In this document: positions 41,984-52,293 of the stretch, in pieces
Position numbering within the stretch: the first letter of the stretch is position 1
Layout: the number at the start of each line of letters is the position of its first letter
Assembly: GCA_963761305.1 (NCBI GenBank)
Contig: CAVXGK010000002.1
Location: 1,088,001 to 1,152,000 of the forward strand
Direction: 5' to 3'
DNA from: an uncultured Gemmatimonadaceae bacterium
GTDB taxonomy: Bacteria; Gemmatimonadota; Gemmatimonadetes; Gemmatimonadales; Gemmatimonadaceae
Length of the DNA stretch: 64,000 bases
Program-made: the position numbers and the translations under genes
Notes under the pieces: model-generated
What the model saw: the letters and a program-made list of their open reading frames with translations, nothing else
Databases searched by the model: none
Told to the model about the DNA's origin: nothing

Positions 41984-42382
41984 CACATTCGACTTCGGCG
42001 CGGGCACCTGAGACTCACGCGGCGTCACTTGGCACTCTCGTGGGGACACTTCACGCCGGCGCTTGGCCCTCTGCCGCTTGACGCGGAGCACCTCGCAATG
42101 AGTTCGCGACACTTCGCAATGCGCTCGCGACACTTCGCAATGAGCTCGCGACACTTCGCAATGAGTTCGCGACACCTCGCAATGAGTTCGCGACACGTCG
42201 CAATGAGCTTGCGACACTTCGCGGTGATTTCGCAACACCTCGTGTTGACTTCGCGACACTTCGTAGTGACTTCGCCACACTTCGCGATGGGTTCGCGTCC
42301 GCCCGCAGTGAGGTCGCGACACCTCCCGATGCGTTCGCGACACTTCGCGGTGAACGCGGGACACGTAGCAGTGAGCTTCGCA
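41984..42382. repeat. 21-bp tandem repeat, consensus CACTTCGCAATGAGTTCGCGA (14 clear and about 5 degenerate units)
   Basis: Exact 21-nt register from 41984; minus-strand ORF 41900-42424 reads xHxEVSR heptads. Confidence 0.95.
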
Positions 42383-42505
42383 ACCACCATTCCGCCGGCC
42401 CACGGGGCCCGGCAACCCTGTCACCGACCGGGGCGGAGTCGGAATGAGAGCAAGTCGGTCCCTCTGCGGCGGGGCCTATGGCGGCGCCCGCTCGCATATA
42501 GCGCC

Positions 42506-43767
42506 TCAACGGCGCCGCACGATCGCGATACGCTGCCCGTCCGGAGACACGTCATACATCGAGTTGACCGCATGATCATATGAAAACTGAAACAGCACCC
42601 GATCGGCGCCGAGGATTGGCAGGCGATCGCCCTGCGACCCGTCGATCGGCACGGCGACGAGCGCGTCGCCGCGCCAGTAGTAGATCTCCCGCCCGTCACC
42701 GCGCCACGCCGGATTCACGCCGCCGTCGCGCGACACCATCACTCGAAGGCCGCGCCGCGGGTACGAATCCACGTAGACCTCCTCGCGTCCCGACTCGTCG
42801 GACGTGTACGCGACCCAGTGTACGTGGGGCGACATCCGTGCCGCCGTCTCCCGCGCGCCCGTCGCGGCAAAGGGTCGCGCCGCCGAGCCATCGGCCGGCT
42901 GCAGGAGAACGTCCAGCTGGTTGGCGCCGGCGTCCTGACTGACGAGAAGCGCGCTGCCGTCGCGCAGCCAATCGGTTGGGAACTGTGTGCCCGGCCGGGA
43001 CACGACGACATGCACGTCGCCACCCACAACGCGCTGCTCCGCGACACCCGTGACGCCCGGCGCATTCATGGAATAGGCGATGACGGTACCGTCGGGGCTC
43101 CACTGCGGATCATTGCTGTCCGCATCATCGTCGGTGAGGCGCTGCGTCGTACCGGCGTCGAGGTCGGTGATCCAGATGTCGCTCGTGCCCCGGCGGTCGC
43201 CGAGCGCGCCATAGGCAATCCGGTGGCCATCCGGTGAGAAGCGCGGCGATGACGCGCGGTTCGCGGCGATGTCGCGCACGACGCGACCGGCGCGATCGAC
43301 GACGACGAGTGACCGCGCGCCGCTCGCTGCGCCGCTCTCGGTGCGCCGTTCGCGCTCGCCTGCCGACGTATCGCCGCGATCGTGCCGCGCCACCGCTCGA
43401 CCGTCGGCGAACGCGAGAGGCTCCAGCCGGTCACGATACCGACGAGGACCGCGGCCGCTGCCGTGTACACCACCAGCTGGGCGGCCACCAGCCGCTTCGG
43501 CTGAGGGGCCACCGGTGGTGATGCGGCGGCCGTCCCCACGGAGCGGCCATGCTCCTCGATCGCCGAGCGCTCGAGGAAGTCCGTGGGGATCGCGTCGTGC
43601 GCGACGAGGAGCGACGACACTTCGTTCCGCAACGCAGCGTCGCCGCCGCAGGCCGTCGCCACGAACGCATCGCGCTGACCACCCGGACATGCGAGCGCGC
43701 CCTGCAACACCCGATCGACCGCGCGCCAGCGCTCGGGCGACATCGTCGCCGGTGCGGGGCTCCTCAT
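42506..43767 (-). CDS. ECF-coupled membrane protein: kinase-type N-terminal helical module, TM helix, PD40 propeller, no kinase domain (frameshift near 43330)
   Basis: PERWRAV..AL..RDAF..ACGGDAALRNEVSSLL, TM, FSPDG/WSPDG, YTSDESGREEVYV, YDVSPDG; ATGA overlap with the ECF. Confidence 0.8.
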
Positions 43768-44372
43768 CGCTCCAGCTCCCGGCGCAGCCACATCCGTGCG
43801 ATCGCCCATTCACGCCCCGCCGTCGCGAGTGATACGCCGAGCGCTTCGGCGGCTTCGGGCATGCTGAGGCCGGCGAAGTAGCGGAGCTCCACGAGGCGGC
43901 ACTTTTGTGGATCGATCGCGGCGAGACGCGCCAGGGCGTCGTCGAGCGCCAGCAGATCGACCGGATCGAGCGATGGCCGTTCCGACGAAGACGGCCCGTG
44001 CGCGTGCATCTCGCGGTCGATCGTGCCGAGCGCCACTTGTGTGGGCTCGCCGCCGCGCTTGAGCGAATGGCGACGGCGGGCATGGTCCACGAGAATGCGC
44101 CGCATCATCTGTGCGGCGGTGGCGAAGAACTGCGTGCGGCTCTCCCATCGCGTATCGTGCTGCGCATCGAGGCGGAGCCACGCTTCGTGCACGAGCGCCG
44201 TCGTCTGCAGCGTATGCCCTTCCGCTTCACCGCGCAGAACGAGGCTCGCCTGCCGGCGCAGCTCCGCGTAGATCAGCGGCGCGACGGCTTCGCTGGCGTG
44301 CACATCTCCCGCGCCCCAGGCGCGCAGCAGATCCGTGACCTCATTCGCAGCGTGTTCGGGCGTCGTCGTCAA
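43764..44372 (-). CDS. ECF sigma factor, TIGR02999-like
   Basis: VTDLLRAWGAGD, HTLQTTALVHEAWLRL, MRRILVDHAR, VELRYFAGLS. Confidence 0.93.
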   Translation of the reverse strand: MTTTPEHAANEVTDLLRAWGAGDVHASEAVAPLIYAELRRQASLVLRGEAEGHTLQTTALVHEAWLRLDAQHDTRWESRTQFFATAAQMMRRILVDHARRRHSLKRGGEPTQVALGTIDREMHAHGPSSSERPSLDPVDLLALDDALARLAAIDPQKCRLVELRYFAGLSMPEAAEALGVSLATAGREWAIARMWLRRELER

Positions 44373-44502
44373 TCGAGTCGAGCTCGGAGCGGACAGAAGT
44401 GAGGCGAGATGCGAAAGGTCAGACAACCCGTGAGTGGGTTTGGTTGAGTTTTGCGCGCTATGGGATGAGGCGCTCGAAGCGCCGCCTCTTCTCACCGGAG
44501 AC

Positions 44503-45018
44503 ATGATGACTACGCGACTCGCCTATCCGACGGTTTCAGCGGTTTCCGCTTTCGCGGGGACGATCGCTCTGGGGCTGGCCCTCGGGCTGGTCGCGTGCGC
44601 GGGACGGTCCCGGCCCACCACGCAGGTGACGAATCAAGGAGGCGTCGACTCGATCGACAACTCGGTGGTTTCCGACTCACGCATGGCCACGATCCAATTT
44701 GAAAATGGGGCGACCGTGCACGTCGACGTGTATATCGCGACGGACCAGTTTCAGTGGAGACTCGGGCGTGTTCCACCTGGAATGCAGGCGAAGCTGCGGA
44801 TTCCGCAGTCGGCGATCGAGTCGACGGTCGGCTTTGTGCAACTGATCGTGATTCCGGGAGCGCAAGTCTCGGCCCTGGCCGCGCGAGATCCACGCGCGGT
44901 GCTGGCGATCGTGCAGCCAATGTCCGCCGTGCTGTCGCAGCGTTGGACCTTTCGGCAGCCGGCAGGGGCGGCGCTACAGCTCGAGGGGACGCGCGTGGCG
45001 GGCGAGCGGCCTTGGTGA
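44503..45018 (+). CDS. Hypothetical lipoprotein divergent from the ECF
   Basis: GGAG RBS, lipobox LVAC, beta-rich domain. Confidence 0.75.
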   Translation: MMTTRLAYPTVSAVSAFAGTIALGLALGLVACAGRSRPTTQVTNQGGVDSIDNSVVSDSRMATIQFENGATVHVDVYIATDQFQWRLGRVPPGMQAKLRIPQSAIESTVGFVQLIVIPGAQVSALAARDPRAVLAIVQPMSAVLSQRWTFRQPAGAALQLEGTRVAGERPW

Positions 45019-45274
45019 GGCGCCCCAGCCGCTCACATCGACGCTCGAGGCCGGATCGCGGAGCCGGAGGTGGCGAGCCAGCTCACGAGACTTTGGTGAT
45101 CCGTGTCGGCTCCGCGCCTCGAACAGAGATCGCACGTCGACATTCGACCTTCGTCCGATAGCGCGGCCGGGTTCGTGCGCGTGCGACGCCCGAGCCACGC
45201 GGAGCGCCCGACCACGTTCGATGCGGCGACGCGAGAGCCATTCGAGAACTCTCAATCGAGACGGAGGCAGGACG

Positions 45275-45997
45275 ATGCAACGTGACATCACTCTGGCAGG
45301 TAGCTGGTTGGGCGCCGCCGTGCGCCGGCGGACGGCCTTGGCGCTGGCGGCGCTCGGCGTCGTCGGCGCGTGCGGCAGCGACAACGACAACACCACCGCG
45401 CCCCTGGTGGCCACGACGATCACAGCTGTTGCGGCCACGAATGCACAGACCGGCGCAGTGGGCAAAGCGCTCGCGCAACCGGTCGGCGTGCTGGTGGTCG
45501 ATCAGAACGGGACGCCGTTCGCGAACGCGACTGTGACTTGGGCGGTGCAAACGGGTGGAGGCAGCGTGGCCTCGGCGACGAGCGTCACGGATGCGACCGG
45601 CACGGCGACGATCGTCTGGACTATGGGCCCCACCGCCGGGACCGACTCGCTCAAGGCCTCGCTCGCCACTGGCGCTGCCATTTTCATCACCGCCACCGCG
45701 ACGACCGGAACGGCGTCAGCGATCAACATCACGAGTGGCGGCACGCAGAGCGTCACTGCCGGATCAACGACGGCCCCCCTCGTCGTACAGGTGGTCGACG
45801 CGAGCACGAACCCGGTCTCGGGGGCGACTGTGACGTGGGTGGTAACCGGCGGGGGAACGCTGAGTGCGGCGACCACGACGACGGATGCAACCGGCAAGAC
45901 TCAAGTGACGCTGACGACTGCCGCGAAGGGCACCTACACCGTGACGGCGACAACCGGCACGCTCACCGCGGTGACCTTCACAATAACGGCGACGTAG
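45275..45997 (+). CDS. Thr-rich lipoprotein with two Ig-like (Big) domains
   Basis: Lipobox VGAC; two repeats of V.VVD..G.P..ATVTW.V.GGG..TDATG. Confidence 0.85.
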   Translation: MQRDITLAGSWLGAAVRRRTALALAALGVVGACGSDNDNTTAPLVATTITAVAATNAQTGAVGKALAQPVGVLVVDQNGTPFANATVTWAVQTGGGSVASATSVTDATGTATIVWTMGPTAGTDSLKASLATGAAIFITATATTGTASAINITSGGTQSVTAGSTTAPLVVQVVDASTNPVSGATVTWVVTGGGTLSAATTTTDATGKTQVTLTTAAKGTYTVTATTGTLTAVTFTITAT

Positions 45998-46031
45998 CGG
46001 GCCAGTAGAACCGCACAAGACCAGTGGTTCG

Positions 46032-46400
46032 TTGTGCGTTGTTGGTTCGAGGAGGCGAGTTCCCGCTCATGGCGAATGGTATGAGACGCACGGTGAGAGT
46101 CATGCCGTTCGCCAGAGCGGGAACTCAAAAACGGAGAGCACTCGGTCGTCGCGGCGAGGTTCGCCTCCCAACTCTTCAGTGAACCAAGCGTCGCCCGCGC
46201 CCGCCGTGCCGGTACCGAGGGCGCTCACTAAGCCGCCGACGAAACTCGCAACGAAGCCAGCAGGGGCGGACACCTCGACCTCGGCGGACGACTTCACCGA
46301 TGCCGAAGTCCTCGCAGCGCACAAGGCCGGGAAGCGCACCGACAGGGAGATCACCAACTGGATCGTCACCCAGCGCCGAAAGAAGGTGGGTACGACGTAG
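46032..46400 (+). CDS. Possible small hypothetical protein (start uncertain)
   Basis: C-terminal DFTDAEVLAAHKAGKRTDREITNWIV looks protein-like with host codon bias. Confidence 0.35.
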   Translation: MCVVGSRRRVPAHGEWYETHGESHAVRQSGNSKTESTRSSRRGSPPNSSVNQASPAPAVPVPRALTKPPTKLATKPAGADTSTSADDFTDAEVLAAHKAGKRTDREITNWIVTQRRKKVGTT

Positions 46401-46481
46401 GCGCAGATGACGGCGGTTCGGTGTGGACGACCGGGGCCAAACCGGCGCAACGCTGTGCGTCAGCCGCGAAACCCGTCCTCA

Positions 46482-47150
46482 TTAGTGGCTTTCGCGCGGG
46501 TAGTACGGTGGGCCGTACGGAAACTGTCGGACGATGCCGTCGGACAATACATCGGCCAACTGCCGTGCTTGACTCAAGCTGCCGTCGGGCGCCGTTTCAT
46601 CGCCGGCCAAGTGCTCGCCTTTTCGATCGATGACGTCCCGCGCACTCAAATCGAAGTATCGGTTGAACAGCGACTCGAGCTCGGTCGGCGACCAATTCGG
46701 ATTCAGTCCGGCAAGGAACCGGGCGATGGTATTCGAGTTGTCGTGCAAGCGCCTCTCCAGTTCCTCTCTGTGGTCGACGTTGCCTGCCTTCACCGCCTGA
46801 ATCAGCGCCGAGCTGATGCCAACCTGCGTCTTGAGCATCGTGGTGAGTGAGGCGCCGGCTGTCTCACCGTAATACGCCCCGATTATTTGACCGATTGCCT
46901 CCTGGTTCCGCTCCAGTCGAACCAGAGCGACGCGCGCGCTACGATCCCCGGCAAAGTCCGCCGCCACATACTGTCGCGTCAAGACGATTTGATCGGACCA
47001 CGCCGTTCGTTCGCTTTGATGGAGGACGGTTACCGGCGCGGACGGCGTCGCCACCGCGAGACTCCCGGCCGCCGAATGTGTGTGTGTGTAAGCGCAACCG
47101 GCGAGGCCGCTCGCAAGCAGAGTGACGGACAGCGGTACGGCTCGACGCAT
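46482..47150 (-). CDS. Hypothetical helical lipoprotein
   Basis: GAGGAGG RBS, lipobox LAGC, RNQEAIG..YYG..AG..LT, FLAGLNPNW. Confidence 0.75.
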   Translation of the reverse strand: MRRAVPLSVTLLASGLAGCAYTHTHSAAGSLAVATPSAPVTVLHQSERTAWSDQIVLTRQYVAADFAGDRSARVALVRLERNQEAIGQIIGAYYGETAGASLTTMLKTQVGISSALIQAVKAGNVDHREELERRLHDNSNTIARFLAGLNPNWSPTELESLFNRYFDLSARDVIDRKGEHLAGDETAPDGSLSQARQLADVLSDGIVRQFPYGPPYYPRESH

Positions 47151-47613
47151 AACTGGCCTCCTCGGATGTCGGTGAATACGGTGCGGGAGGGCGCATATCT
47201 CGGTCCGGGCGCGCGCGTGTACCGCGGCCAGTCGTGCATACAGGTTCGCCCGCACGACGCTGAGGCCCGTTGCTCAACGTGTATCAACGACCTGAGACCC
47301 TCCTGCCGACAGCCTGGTTAGACGGAGAGATCGTTTATAACGACGACGGCGGACGGCGAAACCCAGTGGTGGCCTGAGAAAACTGGACAGCTAGGATATG
47401 TGGAAACCGGCGCAACTCACCAGAAAGCTCTTCGTCGGCCACTATTCCGCGCCGCCTGTTGCAATGTTCTCCTCGGGGAACGCTCGATCCCAAGGCTCGT
47501 CGCCGGAACTCGTGAGCATGATCTCGCTCACATCGATGAGCGTGGCACTGACGACGGTCAATGGGAGGAAGACGGCGAGCGTTCAGCGTTCGTCAACAGG
47601 TTTGTCACACCGA

Positions 47614-48156
47614 TCACGGACCCTTCGCCGTCACAGTCCGTGCATCGACGATGGCGCGAACCCGCTCGTACACGCCAGCCCGCTGCAATTCATCTATCGG
47701 GACGCGCACCCGTGGCCCCTGCCACGACTGCACGAGCAGCACGCCGTTTTTCTCCAAGGCGTTGAACATGTTCGACCACTTCGCTTCCGCGAAAACGTCG
47801 TCGCCCTTGAGCGAGTACCCTGACTCGGTCAGCACCACATGGACGATCTGCGACGGTTGCTGTACACGCTCGTACCGCTTCCGAAACGCCTCCCCACGCT
47901 TCCGCACGACCCATACAAAGGTCGTGAGTCCGAGTGTCGCCACTCCTAGGGCGATGGTGTACCGCCAGAAGAGACAGCCGATGCCTAACACGCCCAACGT
48001 GGCGACGAGCGGATTGTAGGCAACGCGCCGCGCCGAACGACGAGACGCAATGAGATTCGATTGCGCGTCTCGCGTGTCGTACGACGTTTCAAACCGAAAC
48101 GGCGCGTTGTCGGGCGGCGCTGTCATCGTCACCGTCAGAGGTTGGATCCGGCTCAA
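47614..48156 (-). CDS. YcxB-like membrane protein
   Basis: Two TM helices followed by V.LTESG..KWSNM..E..LL. Confidence 0.55.
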   Translation of the reverse strand: MSRIQPLTVTMTAPPDNAPFRFETSYDTRDAQSNLIASRRSARRVAYNPLVATLGVLGIGCLFWRYTIALGVATLGLTTFVWVVRKRGEAFRKRYERVQQPSQIVHVVLTESGYSLKGDDVFAEAKWSNMFNALEKNGVLLVQSWQGPRVRVPIDELQRAGVYERVRAIVDARTVTAKGP

Positions 48157-48218
48157 GAATGTGTGAAGGGCGATGAGCAGTCAACATTTGTGTTGGCGAC
48201 AAGCAAACTCAGCGGCGC

Positions 48219-48621
48219 TCAGTCCCTGTAGATCATGTCCTGCATTAAAGAACTCTTTAACCGCGATTCCTTGTTCCTCGATCCACCTGCGGAGTCGCCT
48301 GAAGTAACGCCAATGCCGCCAGTGGGTTCCGAGACTGAGTGCCGGGTGCCACGCCGCACGAAGCTGGAGCGCTCCCTGACTCGGCGCGGCTCACTACTTG
48401 ACGCAATCGATTCCCGGCGAGAGCCGCGCATAAAGAGGTTCTCAAGCTCGGCGAATTCCCGGTTCAAACTTGCCTGATGCGCTTGCGGCCAGCATCGCCA
48501 GCAGTAGCGAGTCGTGGTGCCGGACGGGATCGTGACCAACGCCCACGCTCGATCCCAACGCTCAAGGCGGCGCCTCATGGGCGCGGCGCACGTGCGGCAG
48601 GACGTCGCGATCTCGTCGCCA
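48219..48621 (-). CDS. Small putative CxxC..CxxC zinc-binding protein (start probably frameshifted)
   Basis: In-frame upstream extension of the listed ORF gives CRTC, paired with CWRC. Confidence 0.4.
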
Positions 48622-48626
48622 CGTCG

Positions 48627-51395
48627 CTATGGCGTCACCTTGACCGGCGGGTTCTTCGCGAAGTCGCCGGCCTCGACGGTGATGAGCTTCGACGGGTCGA
48701 AGTACTTGCGGACGGCGGCGTTGATCTGTTCCGGCGTCAGCGCCCGGACGCTCTTCTCGAACGCCGCATCGAAGGCCATCGTGCGGCCGGCGAACGCGAG
48801 ATCAGTGAGCGCGTCCACGAGCTCGTCGTCATTCGCGCGCCGCTGCGACCGTCTATCGAGATATCCCGACTTCGCCGATGCGATTTCGGAGGCCACAAAT
48901 CCCTGCTTCTCCACGCGATCCAGCTCATCCCGGAAGGCCCGCTCTAACCGTTCCACGTTTTGGGGGGCGTAGATCGCCGACATGAAGAGCTGTCCGCTCC
49001 GATCGAACGACGACGCGTTGAAGCTCGACCCAACGCCGTAGCTGATACCCTCCTTCTGCCGGATTCTCGTGGCCAGACGTGAATTCAGGAATCCGCCGCC
49101 GAGCATGAAGTTGGCGAGCATGAGCGCGGGATAGTCTGGATCGTCGTCGCGGATTTGCACCTGCTCCGCAGAGACGTACATCGCGTTCGCTTTGTCGGGC
49201 GTTTCGATCTTGATGCGCGTCGAATCGCTCGGCGCGTAGGTACGAACGAGCCGCGCGAAGGGTGCGGGGCTGCGCCAGTCGCCAAATGCCCGCATGGCCG
49301 CGGTGCGCACGGCGGTCGAGTCGAAGTCACCGGCCACGACGAGGTCCGAGTTCGCCGCGCCGAACAGCGAGGCGTGCAGCGCCTTGACGTCGTCGAGCGT
49401 CACCGCGGTGATTCCCGCGACCTGTTCGCCGACAGTCTCCGTGTACAACGGATGCCCCTTGGGATACGGATAGAGTTTCTGCTCGAGCGCGATCCGCACT
49501 TGGGTCTGCGGCTGCATGCATCCGCTCGAGATCGGCAGCGCGCCGTGAGCTTGTCAGCTCCTCGGGGTACAGGCGACGGTGCGCGAGTCGCCCGATCGCG
49601 AGCATCGGCACGAGATTGGCCCCGTCGTCTCGATAGGCGATGGCCGTGTCGTCCCGCCTCCGACGAAAACTGGCCCTCGAGCCGGTCGAGCGTGTCGTTG
49701 AACTTGTTGGCGCGTCAGCGTCGTCGTGCCGCGCGAGAGCATGCTCGTGAGCAGATTCGAGGAGTCGGCCTTGCCGGTGAGCGATTGTTCGGTGCCGAAT
49801 CGCACCGTGACTTGTGCGACGACTCGTCCACCGCGCGTTTGTTTGGGGAGCAACGTCACGCGCATGCCGCTGGCGAGCGTCGACCGGCGGGTGCGCGCGT
49901 CGATGTTGGCCGGCGACGCGTCGAAGGCCTCGCCCGCCTGAACGATCTCGTGACCACGGTAATCCGAGACGATCGCCGCGACGCTCGCGACGACCGGAAT
50001 CGTCGCGCGGTTGGGCGTGGCCGTCGGAATGAAGAGCCCGAGCGTCCGGTTCGAAGGCTTGAGATACGCCGCGGCCACGCGCTGCACGACGGCCGCGGTG
50101 ACCGCGGCGATGCGGTCGCATTGAGGAAGAACAGCCGTCAGTCGCCCATTGCCGCCCACTCCGTGCGATCGAAATCCGATCTCTTGGGAGTTGTTCAACT
50201 CGAGCTCCATGTCGCGGAGCCGGGCGGTCTTGGCGCGCTTGACCTCCTCGTTCGGTGAACGGCGTAGAGGCCGCGCGGTCGAACGTCCATTTCATGGCCG
50301 CGACGACGGTGTCGGTGCTCTGGCCGGCGCGCAATTGGGCCGCGCCCAGCAGGATCGACGGCTCGCGAAGTTGGAACGCGAACGAAAAGGTGGACGCCGC
50401 CAGCTTCGTGTCGACGAGCGCCTTGTACAGTCGGCCTGACGGATTGTCGTCGAGAATCAGGACAGCAAGTCGACCGCGGTGTAGTCCGGGTGCGATCCGG
50501 CGGGGACGTGGTAAGCCGATCGCCACATGGGCGCATCGCCCGTGAGGCGCACCGTCGTCGTGCGTTCGCCATCCTGCGGGGCTCGACGGTGTAGCGCGCG
50601 AACAGGAGGTTGCCCGCGGCGAGCGACCGCGCCGGCTTGGGGACCGAACCGACAGCCGTTCGATCGTCGCCAGCGTCTTCGCCCCGTCGAACTTGCCGGC
50701 GACGACGAGCAGCGTCGGCTGATAGTAGCGATGATAGAACGCCTGCAGCCGCTCGATCGGCACGTGCTCGATGTCGCTCGCGCGCCGATCGTGTAGCTCC
50801 GTAGTTGTGCCAGAGGTACGCCGTCGACAGCACGCGCTCGACGAGCACTCGGCCTGGATCGTTCTCGCCCGCCTCGAACTCGTTGCGCACGACGGTGAAT
50901 TCGGACTCGAGGTCCTTCTGGCGATGAACTGTTACCATCCGGTCAGCTTCAGCTCCAGTGCCCAGTCGATGTTCGCGTCGGTCGGCGGAACGGTCTCGAA
51001 GTAGTTCGTGCGATCGCACCACGTGGTGCCGTTGGAACGTGCGCCGTGCTCGGTCGAGCTCCTGCGGCACGTTCCGATGGTGCGTCGAGCCTTTGAACAT
51101 CATGTGCTCGAGCAGGTGCGCCATGCCCGTCTCGCCGTAGCCTTCGTGCGCGAGCCGACGAGATACGTGATGTTGATCGTCGCCGTCGGCTTGGTCGCGT
51201 CAGGGAACAAGAGCACGCGAGTCCTTCGGGATGGAGTACGGTGAACCCCTCGACGAAGTTAATTTCGTCGCATGCACGCGAACGGCTGCGTGCACCAGAC
51301 TTCTGCTGCGCGCGGGCTGTCGCTGGAGCGCCAAGGGCACTCGCGGCCGCGAAGAGGCCGATCAGGTTCACGCGCGACGCGACTAGATGGAGCAT
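48627..51395 (-). pseudogene. M16 (pitrilysin/insulinase) zinc peptidase with many frameshifts
   Basis: [42 protein letters not shown], distributed over several frames. Confidence 0.88.
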
Positions 51396-51871
51396 ATTGC
51401 CTCCGAAAGACGTCGGCTGGTGAGAGAGGCAGTCTAACATAGACGGCCGCGACGAATCCGCCACGCCTGCCGTCGAGACGGGCGCAAGCGCGACCGCTCT
51501 TGGACTGTGCCCTGCGAATCATCAGCACCGTGCGCCAGTGCCGAGCCGCCCTATCCGGGACGTGCCAGACGCCCCGGGCCGCAGCACTCAGTAGCCTGGC
51601 TCTCGTCGGAAATCGATGCGCGGATCGAGGAGCGAATTAGTGCGGCTCGTGAGGAAGCCGCTCGGCGCTACGTTCTGTCGCGGCCGCGGCATCAGCGACG
51701 TGTCGAGCGTACAGGCACAGATCCGGCTTAGCGGCCCGCTTAAAGATCCCGACGTGGCGAGTTGCAATCCGCCCAAGAGACATCCAAATGCGCTGATGGG
51801 TCATCGCCGCCTGCGACCGCCGCGACTCGGCGTGGCCGCGATCGGGACGCCCGCGATCGGAGTGAAATCAA

Positions 51872-51890
51872 GGCACAGTAATGGCACAGT
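51872..51890. mobile_element. Direct repeat GGCACAGT-N3-GGCACAGT, resembling tyrosine integrase arm sites
   Basis: About 60 bp from the tRNA 3' end. Confidence 0.45.
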
Positions 51891-51917
51891 CGCCCAAAAT
51901 ACGCTCCGAGAAACACG

Positions 51918-51947
51918 AGAGGCCAACACTAAAAGTCATTGGCCTCT
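51918..51947 (-). terminator. Hairpin downstream of tRNA-Ser
   Basis: AGAGGCCAA-N12-TTGGCCTCT. Confidence 0.55.
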
Positions 51948-51951
51948 GCAA

Positions 51952-52039
51952 CGGATGGGGTGGGATTCGAACCCACGGTACGGTTTTGCCGTACACACAC
52001 TTTCCAGGCGTGCGCCTTAAACCACTCGGCCACCCATCC
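51952..52039 (-). tRNA. tRNA-Ser(GGA), no encoded CCA
   Basis: GGATGGG/CCCATCC acceptor stem, TGGCCGAGTGG D-arm, CT-GGA-AA loop, long variable arm, GGTTCGAATCC. Confidence 0.97.
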
Positions 52040-52053
52040 AAGAACGACGCAAG

Positions 52054-52293
52054 CTAGTTGATCGCAGCGACTTGGAGAAGTTCCCCGCTGGATGCCAACT
52101 CGAACGTTCGTCGCGCGTGGAACACGATCGCCGAGGCGCCAGGAATTCCTGGAGGCGCGATCCACCTTGCGGGCGCCGCGCCCGAGAAAACCCGCACTTG
52201 TCCCCGTGCGATCGCCGGCGCGGCCGACACGGCGACCGCCGTGAGCAAACAACTGAAGACAGAGGCGAGTGCAGCCGAATCGCGGCATCTCAT
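52054..52293 (-). pseudogene. N-terminal fragment of a secreted glycoside hydrolase (GH78 alpha-L-rhamnosidase-like)
   Basis: Signal peptide plus ARWIAPPG..VFHARRTFEL, then an abrupt stop; ATGA overlap with the kinase; family recognised from memory only. Confidence 0.55.
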
